A stretch of 64,000 nucleotides of DNA from an uncultured archaeon (GTDB lineage: Archaea > Halobacteriota > Archaeoglobi > Archaeoglobales > Archaeoglobaceae). Positions 26,834 to 37,201 of the stretch are shown here, piece by piece. A program made the translations under genes and the position numbers. The stretch lies in contig CAZHOR010000003.1 of assembly GCA_964534325.1 (NCBI GenBank), positions 16,664 through 80,663 of the forward strand, written 5' to 3'. A model generated the notes under the pieces. That model was not told the DNA's origin. It saw only the letters and a list, made by a program, of their open reading frames with translations, and ran no database searches. The first letter of the stretch is position 1. Each line of letters begins with the position of its first letter.

Positions 26834-27739
26834 TCACTCTGATAATGCTTCGCTGGCCAGATTCTTTCCTCTGGTGGTTAACATAACTTCTTTTCTCTTC
26901 CTGACTTCTTTGAGAACGCCCAGTTCAATTAATCGGTCATAAACTTCTTCTACTTTGTCCACATCCATACCGATGAATCCTGCTATCTCAAAGGGGGACA
27001 CTCCAGTGTAGAGGGACATTATTATCTGTTTTTCTGATTCGGAGAGGTTTATATCTGCTGTGACCTTATCGAAGCTCCCGAAGATGAAGTTGTTGAGGAT
27101 ATTGAGTATCCCTTCTTTTCCATGGACATAACATTCCACGGAGAATTCTTGCTCATTTTCCATTTCAGAGAACTGGATGTCCAGAACTTTTTTTGTCTCC
27201 TGATTTATTTCTCTATCCTCTTTCTTCACCAGCTGTATCTTGTCCAGATCGACTCTGATGAATTTCTTGCTTTCTGTGACCATTCTGAGCTTGTTCTTCT
27301 TTATAGCTATCTGCGCTTTTTCCCATTTGATGTTCTGCTGGATTACCCCACCTTTTTTAACAGGATACTTGACGAAGACGATTTTTTTGTTTAAAAGGAC
27401 TTCAAGGAGCTTTTCTTTCAGGTTCTCGAATTCTTTCTTATTATTGAGGGTTATCAGACTCGAATTCCTCTCCTTTTCAGAGCCGTAATGCTTTATTAAA
27501 ATGTAGTAGGGCATGGATTTGACTTCGTTACTTATGTCAAAACGTCCACCAACATCATAAATGGTCTTGAGAGGTATCTTCTTTTTTCTATCCTTGCCGA
27601 TCATCCAGATATTTTTGGTGGAGAGGATGATGCGACATGGGACCCATTTAGCGTCCCTGAATCTTTTATCATTGGATGAGATGGGTGAGATGAACTTACC
27701 GACATTATCGGTAATTTTCGATTCAGTCATTACAATCAT
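26834..27739 (-). CDS. cheF: Archaeal taxis adaptor CheF (DUF439-like), paralog 1
   Basis: 301 aa. Shares its overall layout and a C-terminal HTH-like tail (LSESEKQIIMSLYTGVSPFEIAGFIGMDVDKVEEVYDRLIELGVLK) with the ORF at 35527-36384. It sits between the che and arl genes, as cheF does in Halobacterium. Confidence 0.7.
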   Translation of the reverse strand: MIVMTESKITDNVGKFISPISSNDKRFRDAKWVPCRIILSTKNIWMIGKDRKKKIPLKTIYDVGGRFDISNEVKSMPYYILIKHYGSEKERNSSLITLNNKKEFENLKEKLLEVLLNKKIVFVKYPVKKGGVIQQNIKWEKAQIAIKKNKLRMVTESKKFIRVDLDKIQLVKKEDREINQETKKVLDIQFSEMENEQEFSVECYVHGKEGILNILNNFIFGSFDKVTADINLSESEKQIIMSLYTGVSPFEIAGFIGMDVDKVEEVYDRLIELGVLKEVRKRKEVMLTTRGKNLASEALSE

Positions 27740-27748
27740 TATGAAAAT

Positions 27749-28930
27749 TTATTTCTTAAACCTTTCGATTTTCTTAGCAGCCTGAAATGCCATGTTCCTC
27801 ACTCTGTCACTGGTCTCTTCCTGAGCTTGCTCCAGGACGTGCTTGACGGACCTGTCCCCTGCTTCCCCCAGGATCCAGCAGATCAATAGCCTTACCTCCT
27901 CATCTTCATGGTTAATTTTGTCAGCAAGCTCGCCAACTGATCCTATCTTCACTAATGACGTTGCAGCGAGCCGTCTCTCTTCGGGGGTTCCGGTCTGCAG
28001 GATCTTTGTCAGTATATTAACTCCTCTGGAATCTTCAAGCTGTCCCAAGAGCCACATGGCATTCCTTTTGATGGATTTGTTCTCTGTCTTCTCCAGTACT
28101 TCGATAACAACGTATGCGGTTTCTGAGTAGTACTCCAGACCCTCACTAACCTTTTTTCTCACTTCTTCACTTTTTTCCGGAGGAGTTCGGGACATTATTT
28201 CTAACAGAGAGTGAACGGTGGCAACCCTTACCTGGGTTTGATTATCCTTTAAACCCTTCAACAGGGGTTTTAATGCCTTCTCCCCATCCTTACCCAGTAA
28301 AATAGCCGTAAGCTCTCTTACCCGGGGGTCCTGGTCCCGGAGACATACCTTGATCTTATCTACGTGTTTTTGGGAAATATTAAGGTCGTTTAAGGACTCC
28401 AGTGCAGCTCTCTTCACTTTTATATTGCCGTCCTTAAGCAAGGTCAGCAGTGGTTCGATAGCCCTGTCATCCCCTATCATGCCCAGAGCAGTTGCTGCAG
28501 CGCTCCGCACCTTGGGTGAAGTGTCTTCCAGCGCCTCTATTAAGGCATCAACACCCCTCACCTCACCTATTCTGCCCAGGGCGATAGCAGCGTTCATCCT
28601 GAGGCTTTTATCTTCACTCTTCACCATCTTCAGCAAGTAGTCCACAATTACCCAGGAAGCACCTTCTATCTTTTCTCCCTCGATCTTCTCCAGGAGATTC
28701 CGCAGGGCCACCTCATCAGACCATGCGATTGCTTTTGCAGCAGAGCTTTTAAGCGTCTCGTTCTTTCCGTTGATGACCACATCTACAAGTACCTTTAAAG
28801 CCTCTTTTCCTCCCAGCTCCCCCATTAGCTCCAGGGCTCTGGCTCTTACTTTCTCGTTATTCGATTTGTGGAACACTTTTATTACGGAAGAAACATCTCC
28901 TCGCTTCTCTAGCTCATAAAGACTGGTCAT
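27749..28930 (-). CDS. HEAT (PBS-lyase type) repeat protein, taxis/archaellum-associated
   Basis: 393 aa of tandem approx. 31-aa repeats (VRxxAAxALGxIGDxRAxxxL). Confidence 0.8.
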   Translation of the reverse strand: MTSLYELEKRGDVSSVIKVFHKSNNEKVRARALELMGELGGKEALKVLVDVVINGKNETLKSSAAKAIAWSDEVALRNLLEKIEGEKIEGASWVIVDYLLKMVKSEDKSLRMNAAIALGRIGEVRGVDALIEALEDTSPKVRSAAATALGMIGDDRAIEPLLTLLKDGNIKVKRAALESLNDLNISQKHVDKIKVCLRDQDPRVRELTAILLGKDGEKALKPLLKGLKDNQTQVRVATVHSLLEIMSRTPPEKSEEVRKKVSEGLEYYSETAYVVIEVLEKTENKSIKRNAMWLLGQLEDSRGVNILTKILQTGTPEERRLAATSLVKIGSVGELADKINHEDEEVRLLICWILGEAGDRSVKHVLEQAQEETSDRVRNMAFQAAKKIERFKK

Positions 28931-28982
28931 GATAATAATAATATTATGCTTATACTATTTATAAGTTAAGCATTTCACACCA

Positions 28983-30668
28983 TCAAATGCTAATGAACGA
29001 CCCCATCCCAACTTCAACCGCATAAGCGCACATGGTGGATATCCACATCATGTTCACAAAATGAAAATAGGCGTTCACCTGGTGACCGCCATCAACTATC
29101 TTTATCATTATAGCAGACAGCATGGCGTGTATCAGAAGTATGAGTACCATCAAAAAGCTCACTTCTCCTATATTATACTGGGTCAGAGTTATAACGGAGG
29201 AGACCGAGAGATCTGTTTCCAGCGAGATGGCGCTCATGGACTGGGCCATCATGTTGACAACCATAATTCCTACATAGAGGGAGAAGGATAAGCTGGCGGT
29301 GATACCGTAAAGGACACCGGTGAGCGTTGTCGAGGTCTGATTTCGGTAGGTTCTGAGAGAGTATATCTTCTCCACGTTCTTGGCGATTATCTTCCCCAGC
29401 TTATCGGGAACACCTCCTTTGAGCCTTGAATCGTAGTACATGGTGGAGAACTTGTGTATCAAGAACGATTCGGCTCCTTTGATGAACATCTCCCAGGACT
29501 TTTCTTGACTTATCCTCAAGTTAAGTCTCTTGTAGAGGTTTCTTACCAGATTTGTTAATTCTCCGAAGTCCTTATGCTGGAGTGTTCTCAGTGCGTGCGT
29601 TGTTGTGGTTTGCTTGGCCGACTCCGCAGCCCCAAGAGACCTGATGAAACTGGGGAACTGCTTATCCCGCCCCTTTATCTCCGACTCTACTCTTCTGGAT
29701 ATGATTCCCGGTAAAAGGAGTGGGGTGAGAGGGATGGTGAACCTCATGATAAGCGGGAGCTGGTTTATGAAGGTGAAAGCTATTTTAAAATAAGATAACA
29801 TGATTATTACGGATAGGACCATCACAGCTCCGATGGAGATAATGATTCCTTTTTCGATCTTTTTCTCCGAACTCGTTTTGGCGTCAAATTTCCCCCATAG
29901 GGGGTCATTGGGGATTCGGGAGTACATGGCGTAGAGAAAAGCAACCTCTACTATAGCGAAAAGGAATACAGTCGAAACCACCAGTATGGTAGGGGACATC
30001 CCGGTGATAGCGGGTAGGATAATGGCGAAAACTACAGCGAATGCAATAGATAGTATCATTGACAGGAACAGCTCTTTAAATATGTCCACATCCTTTAGAG
30101 CGTTGACGTACATTGTCTCGAATTCCGACATTATGACCGACTGCTCTCCCACCAGAAAGTCCTCTAATTCTTGACCTGCATCTACGTTGTACGCAAATCT
30201 CTCCAGAAAATCACTGAATATTTTGCTGGGGCATCTCGCGGCCTGGAACTTGCAGGCTTCAGGCAGACTCATCCCCCAGTCATGTACCAGCTTGTTGATC
30301 AATTTGGCCTGCCTGCTCAATTCTTGATATTCTTTTTTCTCTCCAATGATCCTGAATAGACCCTTTCTCTCCATGTCCGCAGTTGAAAGAGTACCGGCAT
30401 GGGTTATGAACAGATGAAGATTCTGGTTTATCTCCACCCTTTTTTTGTCCACCACAACTTTAGGATAGATCAATGCTACCAGTAAACCGAATAAAGGTAA
30501 TGTGAGGAATATGAATGAGAAACTACCCAGTAACCTTCCCACAAAAATGTATAGTATTAATCCGGCTACTAAGAAGGCCAGAGCCAATGGCAAAGCAAAT
30601 CTGATAAAATATTCCTGGGCGTCCAAGCCCAACATCCTGAAAGCGTTATCAAACTGATTCGAGCTCAT
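28983..30668 (-). CDS. arlJ: Archaellum membrane platform protein ArlJ (FlaJ)
   Basis: 561 aa polytopic, TadC/GspF-like duplicated architecture, directly downstream of arlI. Confidence 0.85.
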   Translation of the reverse strand: MSSNQFDNAFRMLGLDAQEYFIRFALPLALAFLVAGLILYIFVGRLLGSFSFIFLTLPLFGLLVALIYPKVVVDKKRVEINQNLHLFITHAGTLSTADMERKGLFRIIGEKKEYQELSRQAKLINKLVHDWGMSLPEACKFQAARCPSKIFSDFLERFAYNVDAGQELEDFLVGEQSVIMSEFETMYVNALKDVDIFKELFLSMILSIAFAVVFAIILPAITGMSPTILVVSTVFLFAIVEVAFLYAMYSRIPNDPLWGKFDAKTSSEKKIEKGIIISIGAVMVLSVIIMLSYFKIAFTFINQLPLIMRFTIPLTPLLLPGIISRRVESEIKGRDKQFPSFIRSLGAAESAKQTTTTHALRTLQHKDFGELTNLVRNLYKRLNLRISQEKSWEMFIKGAESFLIHKFSTMYYDSRLKGGVPDKLGKIIAKNVEKIYSLRTYRNQTSTTLTGVLYGITASLSFSLYVGIMVVNMMAQSMSAISLETDLSVSSVITLTQYNIGEVSFLMVLILLIHAMLSAIMIKIVDGGHQVNAYFHFVNMMWISTMCAYAVEVGMGSFISI

Positions 30669-30679
30669 CTTTTCTGATT

Positions 30680-32320
30680 CTAATGAACGCTAAAAGGCAA
30701 TCCATCGATCCCGTTTAATCTATATGCTTTCAACAACTCATTCACTTCGTGGTAGTCGAAGATCTTCTCCTGCACCATTCTCTCAATGATCTTGCTCCTC
30801 ATCTCCAGATCATTGTAGATCTGCTTCCTGTCAGAGTAACCCAATTTGACGGCGATCTTATCCTCCAGGATGTAGGAGTTGGCAAACCCCCTGAAAGATA
30901 TCTCGTCGTTGGCAAAATCGTACTCGAAAGTCTCTCTGGTAATAATACCGTCAGCTTGTTTAGAATAACCCTCAACTTCCTGAACGCTGGTAACCCTTCT
31001 TACTCCCTTTCCTTTGATGAAATTCTGAAAGAGAGCTATGTCCAGATTCCCTACGAATGGGGTGGGCACGTTTATGGGGTCACTGGTTATCCTCTGAACC
31101 AGCGCTTCCATGGTTCCTGCGTGGAAGGTGAATATGACAGGGTGGCCGGTCTGCATGGCCTGGAAGGCGATCCTACCTTCTTCACCTCTAACCTCACCAA
31201 CAATGATGTAGTTGGGCCTGCTCCTCAAGGCAGCTTTCAATAAGCCGAACATATCAACTCCACCTCTCCCGCCTTCACCCTCTCTGGTACACATCTGCTG
31301 CCATGCGTTATGAGGGGGTAAAACTTCGGGAGTATCTTCAACGGTGTAGATCTTTGAGTCGTGATGGATGAAGCTGAGAGCAGCATTCAGTGTGGTGGTT
31401 TTACCACTGGCTGTTTCACCGCTGACAATGAAGCTGACGTCGTTCTCCAGACATAACCACAGATAAGCGGCGAGGGTGGGTGACATGGAACCGAACTTGA
31501 CCAGCTGAGTAAAGGATAGGGGGACCTCTTTGAACTTCCTGATGGTAAGGGAAGAACCCCTGTTGGATACGTCGTCACTGTAAACCAGATTAAGCCTTGA
31601 GCCATCGGGGAGTTTGGCATCAACGATGGGGTGAGCATCTGTTACCGGCTTACCTATTCTCTCTCCCAGAGCCTTAAGATATCTCTCGTATTCCTGTTCA
31701 TTATCCCATTTCACGTTGGTCCTGACCATGTCGAAGATCTTGTGAGTTCCGTAGGTGATCTCCCGATTTATTACATGGATATCCTCAAAATATTTATCCC
31801 TGATCATCGGTTCCAGGGGACCCAAGCCGATAATATCTCTATTTAGCCTGTACCTCAGCTTATTGTAAGTGTCTTCCGTGACCTCTATCTTTTTACCGCC
31901 AAATCTGCTTAGTAACCCCTTCTTTTCGTTATCGGGATTCCTTCTTATTGATACTATTTTGGAGAGTATTTCTTCAATTATATCTGTGAATCCCTCGTCA
32001 CTCTCGGGGGTCTCTTCCTCTATGGACCTTTCCAGAACGATTTCTCTAATGGTCCTGTATTTATTGTACTCTTCTTCGTTAAGAGTAGGTTCGACGCCGT
32101 AATATTTGGTCTCTTGAGCCATACCTCCCCATATGTGCGCGAAGAGCATCTCTCCAATAGGATAGATCAAATTGGGTCTCTCCGCCTTATCATCACTGCT
32201 TGGCTCTTCCTTGAACTCAGGATATTTTCCGGTGATCCTTTTAAAGCTTACAAGGTGGTCCTTTAGGTGTGGAAACCTGTAAGCAAGGTTTTTTAACTCG
32301 GGATCAAGTTTGGTTGCCAT
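30680..32320 (-). CDS. arlI: Archaellum assembly/motor ATPase ArlI (FlaI)
   Basis: Type II/IV secretion ATPase motifs: Walker A SGETASGKTTTLNA, Walker B/Asp box, His box GHPVIFTFHA. Confidence 0.95.
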   Translation of the reverse strand: MATKLDPELKNLAYRFPHLKDHLVSFKRITGKYPEFKEEPSSDDKAERPNLIYPIGEMLFAHIWGGMAQETKYYGVEPTLNEEEYNKYRTIREIVLERSIEEETPESDEGFTDIIEEILSKIVSIRRNPDNEKKGLLSRFGGKKIEVTEDTYNKLRYRLNRDIIGLGPLEPMIRDKYFEDIHVINREITYGTHKIFDMVRTNVKWDNEQEYERYLKALGERIGKPVTDAHPIVDAKLPDGSRLNLVYSDDVSNRGSSLTIRKFKEVPLSFTQLVKFGSMSPTLAAYLWLCLENDVSFIVSGETASGKTTTLNAALSFIHHDSKIYTVEDTPEVLPPHNAWQQMCTREGEGGRGGVDMFGLLKAALRSRPNYIIVGEVRGEEGRIAFQAMQTGHPVIFTFHAGTMEALVQRITSDPINVPTPFVGNLDIALFQNFIKGKGVRRVTSVQEVEGYSKQADGIITRETFEYDFANDEISFRGFANSYILEDKIAVKLGYSDRKQIYNDLEMRSKIIERMVQEKIFDYHEVNELLKAYRLNGIDGLPFSVH

Positions 32321-32334
32321 AAATCACCCCCTAC

Positions 32335-33051
32335 TTAGACCACCGACCTGGATTCAATAACAATACCGACGCCGGGCCTTACGGAGAATCCTATTTTATC
32401 ACCTAACTTGTCTCCTCCCCCAGCGTGTCTGTTAACGTTGATTGAACGCCTTATCTCCGATCCAACTTCAATCATCTCAATATAAAAATAAACATCTGCA
32501 ACTGATCTGAAGGGGTTTATAACATCCTCGGACACATTGGAAGGGTCAACTGTGATTATAATGGTTTTACCTCTTCCTATCATGTCCCTGAAAAAGGAGA
32601 TAATGGAGAGAGCCGCACCTCTACCCTCGTCTTTGGTTATCATCTCTTCGAAAGTGGCATCATTCCTCAATATGGCATCAAATGTATCGATTATGATAAC
32701 ATCTGCTTTCCAGATGGCTTTTGATTCCTTCATCCTGTTCAATAGCTCTCTTTTACCCTTGAATTTACCCAGATCTGCATGCAAAAACAACATTTTCTCC
32801 TGAAGGAGCATGGACTCTATTTTGGTGTAGCCCAGCGCATGCATCTGGCCCAAGAATCTGTTCACTCTGAGCTCGGTGGAGATATAGGTAACGGTATGTT
32901 CTGCCATACAAAGGCCATAGGAGAACCTCTGAGTGAGTGCACTCTTTCCGCCTCCGTAGTTGCTTTCCAGGAGGACTATGCAACCTTCGGGCAGTCCTCC
33001 TCCCAGCTTTTCTTTAACTCTGTCAGTATTTTCTAAATCAATGGAATACAT
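32335..33051 (-). CDS. arlH: Archaellum KaiC/RecA-like protein ArlH (FlaH)
   Basis: GGGLPEGCIVLLESNYGGGKSALTQRF Walker A. Size and position between arlG and arlI fit. Confidence 0.85.
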   Translation of the reverse strand: MYSIDLENTDRVKEKLGGGLPEGCIVLLESNYGGGKSALTQRFSYGLCMAEHTVTYISTELRVNRFLGQMHALGYTKIESMLLQEKMLFLHADLGKFKGKRELLNRMKESKAIWKADVIIIDTFDAILRNDATFEEMITKDEGRGAALSIISFFRDMIGRGKTIIITVDPSNVSEDVINPFRSVADVYFYIEMIEVGSEIRRSINVNRHAGGGDKLGDKIGFSVRPGVGIVIESRSVV

Positions 33052-33198
33052 ATCATCACCTGCTGTTACCTACGTGAACATAAGGGAGTACCTATATCAT
33101 AATAATAGTTATAATTTAAAAAAGGTTTTCTAATTTGTCCTCATGGCAAATAAGCCGTATGGGGATTTATTTATTAATTTAATATATATTGATAAATA

Positions 33199-33636
33199 TT
33201 ATATTCGGAACTTCATCTCATCCCACTCGTTACCTTTTACATAGATCCGGATGGTGTGGGAGCCCGAAGGAAGGGAAGTGTTTATAGTCAATTTGGCAAC
33301 ATCAGAAGGCAATAACTCGTTATCTCCATCCAGAGATGATACAGAATAGTTTGTGAAGTATGTGCCATTGATCAGAACATCAAACAACTTCTTATCCGGA
33401 GCCAATGAGCTATCTCCAGTGTTCTTAACGTAAATTATGAGCGGGTCATTGGCAATATTGTCCGGGTCATTTATTATGGTTATATCATCCTTGATATTCT
33501 CTACCAGCGATCTGCTTCTTTGATTGAAGACGTCAGAGGTCTCCTGTATAGAGGTTATCATTACCCCCGCGATCATGGAGGAGATTACCAGTGCTGCAAT
33601 GAAGAATATTATTTCTGATACGGGTGTAGATGCCAT
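33199..33636 (-). CDS. arlG: Archaellum stator-associated protein ArlG (FlaG)
   Basis: 145 aa. N-terminal archaellin-like hydrophobic helix (SEIIFFIAALVISSMIAGVMITS) plus a beta-rich domain. Synteny supports the call. Confidence 0.7.
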   Translation of the reverse strand: MASTPVSEIIFFIAALVISSMIAGVMITSIQETSDVFNQRSRSLVENIKDDITIINDPDNIANDPLIIYVKNTGDSSLAPDKKLFDVLINGTYFTNYSVSSLDGDNELLPSDVAKLTINTSLPSGSHTIRIYVKGNEWDEMKFRI

Positions 33637-34059
33637 TTAACCACTCCAGTAGTCTGACGCTCCATTATCTGCCACCAATTTTACTCGAGATGGGTTTAGC
33701 GATGAGTTCACTTCGATGGTAAGGGTTTCATCTGGAATCCAGATGTTAACGTCCTCACCCTGAACTGTGGTGGAAGTGATATTATCGGTGTACAGGTTCC
33801 CGTCCAACAATACCTCTATTTTGTCCGTCTGGATGACCGTGCTTCCGTCGTTGGTGGCATTGATAGTTACAGTTCCTGAATTGAAACTGACGTTATCCAC
33901 ATTTAAAAAGGTATGAATTTGATCGTATTCTATTTTTCCCTTCTCGATATCTGCTTTTCGCAACAGCTCGTAGTTCGAGCTAAGGGTGCTGAAAACCATT
34001 GACGCAGTGACAGCCATGGCTATTAACAGGATTGCGCTAGCAATTGCTCCCGAAGGCAT
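33637..34059 (-). CDS. arlF: Archaellum stator-associated protein ArlF (FlaF)
   Basis: 140 aa. N-terminal hydrophobic helix (AIASAILLIAMAVTASMVFSTL) plus a beta-sandwich-like domain. Synteny supports the call. Confidence 0.7.
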   Translation of the reverse strand: MPSGAIASAILLIAMAVTASMVFSTLSSNYELLRKADIEKGKIEYDQIHTFLNVDNVSFNSGTVTINATNDGSTVIQTDKIEVLLDGNLYTDNITSTTVQGEDVNIWIPDETLTIEVNSSLNPSRVKLVADNGASDYWSG

Positions 34060-35371
34060 GTTCTGTGATCACGTCGTTAACGTCTTTTTCCAGCTCTTCC
34101 ACATCCTTAACCAATCTCTCAACCTCTTCAAGATTGAGGTCGTGGCCACTGAGTTTGGAGATGAAGATAAGTGATTTGAAGTGGTCTCTCAGAGTAGGGG
34201 TCTCCGGTTCATTGATTACGTGTCCTTCTCTTAAAACATAACCTCTGGAATAGTTGATAAGCAAGTCTTTAACGTTCTTGCTTATCCATCCGATATCCAC
34301 GTAAAAGTCCAGTATATCGGCCATTCTCTTTATTCCGAAAGTGTTGACCAGGTAATCCATCCACTTCAATGCGATGACATCTGAGATGAGGTCTTTGGGA
34401 ATGTCTTTCAGGTAGGGGGAGGAAGAAGATTTGGGAAGCTTTCCAGCATGAGTTCTTGTCTTGTACACGGCTTCCTGCACATTCTCACTGGTCTCTGATG
34501 GACGTACGTGACCCTCTATCTCCGCACGAGATTCGTCTTCGGCTTCATCTCCAGACCATTCATCGACCAGGTCGGGCTCTTCAAAATCGATCTCTTCAGC
34601 CTTCTTTTCTTTGCTCTCACGGCTCTCTTGACCTCCTGTTTCTTCTTCCTTCAGCCTCTCGAACATGTCCTCCGGAGCTTCTCCCGATGAGGATTCAGAA
34701 CCCTCTTCTGCTCCCTTAACAGCTGTATCGGTTTCAACGGGCTCTGGTTCACTTTCCATCTCTGGCTCGGTGTCATCAACATCTTCGAAGAAGCTCTCTG
34801 CATCCTTCGAAGTGAGGTCTTCTGGGACATCTTCCTGTTTGCTCTCCTTATTTACTGATGAGAATATCCCTAAACCTTCGCCTCCTCCGTATCCCGTTTC
34901 TGTAGCGAAGGGATTAATTCCTTCGGTGACCATCTCATAGATGCCCAGTAGCTTTCTGATATTCTCTTCCATTTCGTTGATCTTATTCCCCATCTCTTCG
35001 TTCTCAGCCCTTATAGTGTTCAGCTTTGAGGAGACTTGACCTACTTCATTCTCTACATCTTTTACTCTTGTTTCCATCTCCGCCATTTTACCTGAAGAGC
35101 TCTCGTCATCGTCTAATTCGTCATCAAGAGCATCTCCCAATTCATCACCGAATTCTTCGTCTTCTTCGAACTCCTCTTCTTCATCAAATTCTTCATCTTC
35201 AAAATTGGACTCGTCTTCCATTTCAAACTCTTCCTCTTCTCTTTTCTTTGGCTTACTCTTCTTTTTACTCTTCTTGCTGGCCTTGCCGCTTTTGCTGGAA
35301 GGGCTTTTATGACTTTTAGTTTGATCAGAACTTGACAATTTTTTCAGAGTATTTTTTAACATCCTCTTCAC
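34037..35371 (-). CDS. arlCDE: Archaellum accessory protein, ArlC-ArlD/E fusion with a charged low-complexity N-terminus
   Basis: FlaC-like coiled coil (MAEMETRVKDVENEVGQVSSKLNTIRAENEEMGNKINEMEENIRKLLGIYEMVTEGINPF). FlaD/E-like C-terminal domain (YLKDIPKDLISDVIALKWMDYLVNTFGIKRMADILDFYVDIGWIS). A poly-K then poly-E/D tract lies at the N-terminus. Confidence 0.75.
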   Translation of the reverse strand: MKRMLKNTLKKLSSSDQTKSHKSPSSKSGKASKKSKKKSKPKKREEEEFEMEDESNFEDEEFDEEEEFEEDEEFGDELGDALDDELDDDESSSGKMAEMETRVKDVENEVGQVSSKLNTIRAENEEMGNKINEMEENIRKLLGIYEMVTEGINPFATETGYGGGEGLGIFSSVNKESKQEDVPEDLTSKDAESFFEDVDDTEPEMESEPEPVETDTAVKGAEEGSESSSGEAPEDMFERLKEEETGGQESRESKEKKAEEIDFEEPDLVDEWSGDEAEDESRAEIEGHVRPSETSENVQEAVYKTRTHAGKLPKSSSSPYLKDIPKDLISDVIALKWMDYLVNTFGIKRMADILDFYVDIGWISKNVKDLLINYSRGYVLREGHVINEPETPTLRDHFKSLIFISKLSGHDLNLEEVERLVKDVEELEKDVNDVITEHAFGSNC

Positions 35372-35526
35372 TCTCCCCTAATAATGAGATAATCGATTAT
35401 GAACCTTTTAACTATTTTCTTATTATAATGATAACAATCATGGAAATGTTATTTAATCTTTATGAAATGACAACTATGAGAATCAGTAAAATTTAAGAAT
35501 TTTATAGTATATATTAACAGTTAATT

Positions 35527-36384
35527 ATGGAAAAAGTCATCGCCGATTTTATAGCTAAATCGACCACACCCGACGGTCAGACCCAGGGAAAAAAGATGGA
35601 GGATTTTGAAAAATCACGGGTGATCTTAGGGAAAAAAACCCTGGTAATAGCTACTAAAAATGAAAAGAACGTCATCGGCATTCCCCAAATATTTGATGTT
35701 AAAAAAACTGAGGTCTCGGAAGAGCTCAAAGAATTGATGGAAGACTCCCTCAAAATCGGATTTATAAAAGATGAGAAGCCCAGTATAACTGTAATTAAGG
35801 CTGATACCGAAAAATTGAATAAATTCGCCTTCCTTTTAATGAGGATCCTGCTAAAGGGTAAACAGGTTATTTACAAGCACCCGGCGATAAAGGGTGGTGT
35901 TCTGCTTAGAAAAGAATGGAATAACGGTATATTGAATGTGGCGAAAGGATCGGTCTTGCTGGATAAACAACCAATCAATTTAGGCTCTGTAAGGGATATA
36001 AGGGTAGAGTACAGGACTATAGGTTCAAAACAGGTAGATGTACTTAACATTAAATCAACAGAAGAAGGAGAATCTATTACCTCATATATTCATGTTCCTG
36101 ATAAGAGAACTATGAATCTCTTGAAGAGATATATCGCATTCGAATATGGAGGGATACTCAAGGCATTGAACAAGATAAAGCTGTCACAATCCGAAAAGCA
36201 GATAATTCAGGCACTGTATTCCGGTTTGCCTGTGGATGACCTGCCAGCCGTCATGAACATGGAAGCATCAGACGTGCAGAGAATGGTCAACAATCTGGAA
36301 TCGAAAGAGTTATTAAAGAACGGAAAATTGACTGCACTGGGTGAAGTAGCTGTGAACAGGTACATGGAGGAGGCTAACGTATGA
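35527..36384 (+). CDS. cheF: Archaeal taxis adaptor CheF (DUF439-like), paralog 2
   Basis: 285 aa, collinear with the 26834-27739 product. The tail LSQSEKQIIQALYSGLPVDDLPAVMNMEASDVQRMVNNLESKELLK is shared. Confidence 0.7.
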   Translation: MEKVIADFIAKSTTPDGQTQGKKMEDFEKSRVILGKKTLVIATKNEKNVIGIPQIFDVKKTEVSEELKELMEDSLKIGFIKDEKPSITVIKADTEKLNKFAFLLMRILLKGKQVIYKHPAIKGGVLLRKEWNNGILNVAKGSVLLDKQPINLGSVRDIRVEYRTIGSKQVDVLNIKSTEEGESITSYIHVPDKRTMNLLKRYIAFEYGGILKALNKIKLSQSEKQIIQALYSGLPVDDLPAVMNMEASDVQRMVNNLESKELLKNGKLTALGEVAVNRYMEEANV

Positions 36385-36700
36385 TCAACTTCTCTCCTTG
36401 CCTGAAGTTCTTTGGGGTTGTCTCCAGTACCCACTCTCCTTTAGCTCTTTTGACCTGGAATGGCTTCATAACGAACTCTTCCTCCACCCTGAATTCTTCA
36501 TCCAGAAAAACCGCATGGAATGTGAAGAATACAAAAAAGGAGTGCAGGTACTGTGACCTTGAATCAAGTTTGAGTAGAAGACCCTTATTATCCGGAATAC
36601 CTCGTCTGAACATCAAGCCCAGATATCTTCGGAAGTCTTCCAGCTTCTCCACCTCACAGATGAATGTGCCGTCTTCTTTAAAAGCCTGCATACTCCACAC
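36374..36700 (-). CDS. DUF192-family small protein
   Basis: 108 aa. RRYLGLMFRRGIPDNKGLLLKL ... HAVFLDEEFRV resembles the DUF192 (COG1430) pattern. Confidence 0.55.
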   Translation of the reverse strand: MWSMQAFKEDGTFICEVEKLEDFRRYLGLMFRRGIPDNKGLLLKLDSRSQYLHSFFVFFTFHAVFLDEEFRVEEEFVMKPFQVKRAKGEWVLETTPKNFRQGEKLIIR

Positions 36701-36735
36701 TCCTTCTCTTACATTAAAAACCTTTGGGGGATGAC

Positions 36736-37071
36736 ATGGTATCCGAAGACGATCTTCAGTCCCTTTTCGACTTTTACAGTGTAAAGATCATTTCTATGGC
36801 CATGCAGAAACCCATAACAGTCCAGGAGGTCAGTGAAGAGCTTGAAATTCCTCCCGCAACCTGTTACCGGAAGGTGAACGAGCTGGTGGAGAAAGGTGTT
36901 CTTGCTGAAGTGCAGAAAGTCCTGGTGGAGAAACAGAAGAGGCGTTCAGCCTACATATCTCTGATCAAGGAAGTAAAGATGGAGATCACGTCTGAAGGTA
37001 TAAAGCTGGACTGGAAGTACTACGAGAAGCCTGTGGAGATGTGGGAAAGCATTAAAAAATATAACTTGTGA
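36736..37071 (+). CDS. Small winged-HTH transcription regulator upstream of the archaellin genes
   Basis: MVSEDDLQSLFDFYSVKIISMAMQKPITVQEVSEELEIPPATCYRKVNELVEKGVL is an ArsR/TrmB-like wHTH. Confidence 0.6.
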   Translation: MVSEDDLQSLFDFYSVKIISMAMQKPITVQEVSEELEIPPATCYRKVNELVEKGVLAEVQKVLVEKQKRRSAYISLIKEVKMEITSEGIKLDWKYYEKPVEMWESIKKYNL

Positions 37072-37151
37072 TGCGATTAATTATCGGTATATTTTGTTAA
37101 TTTTAATTTTGACCGGTTATTGAATTTATCTACCAATTTTTGGGGGGATAA

Positions 37152-37167
37152 GAAAAAAATTTATTAA
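37152..37167 (+). promoter_or_regulatory. BRE/TATA promoter of archaellin gene 1
   Basis: A-rich BRE followed by tttattaa at 37160-37167, 42 nt upstream of ATG 37202. The same motif and spacing occur at copy 2. GGTGA SD lies at 37190-37194. Confidence 0.5.
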
Positions 37168-37201
37168 TGATAATAATCATGAGTATTATGGTGAGTGAAA
37201 T

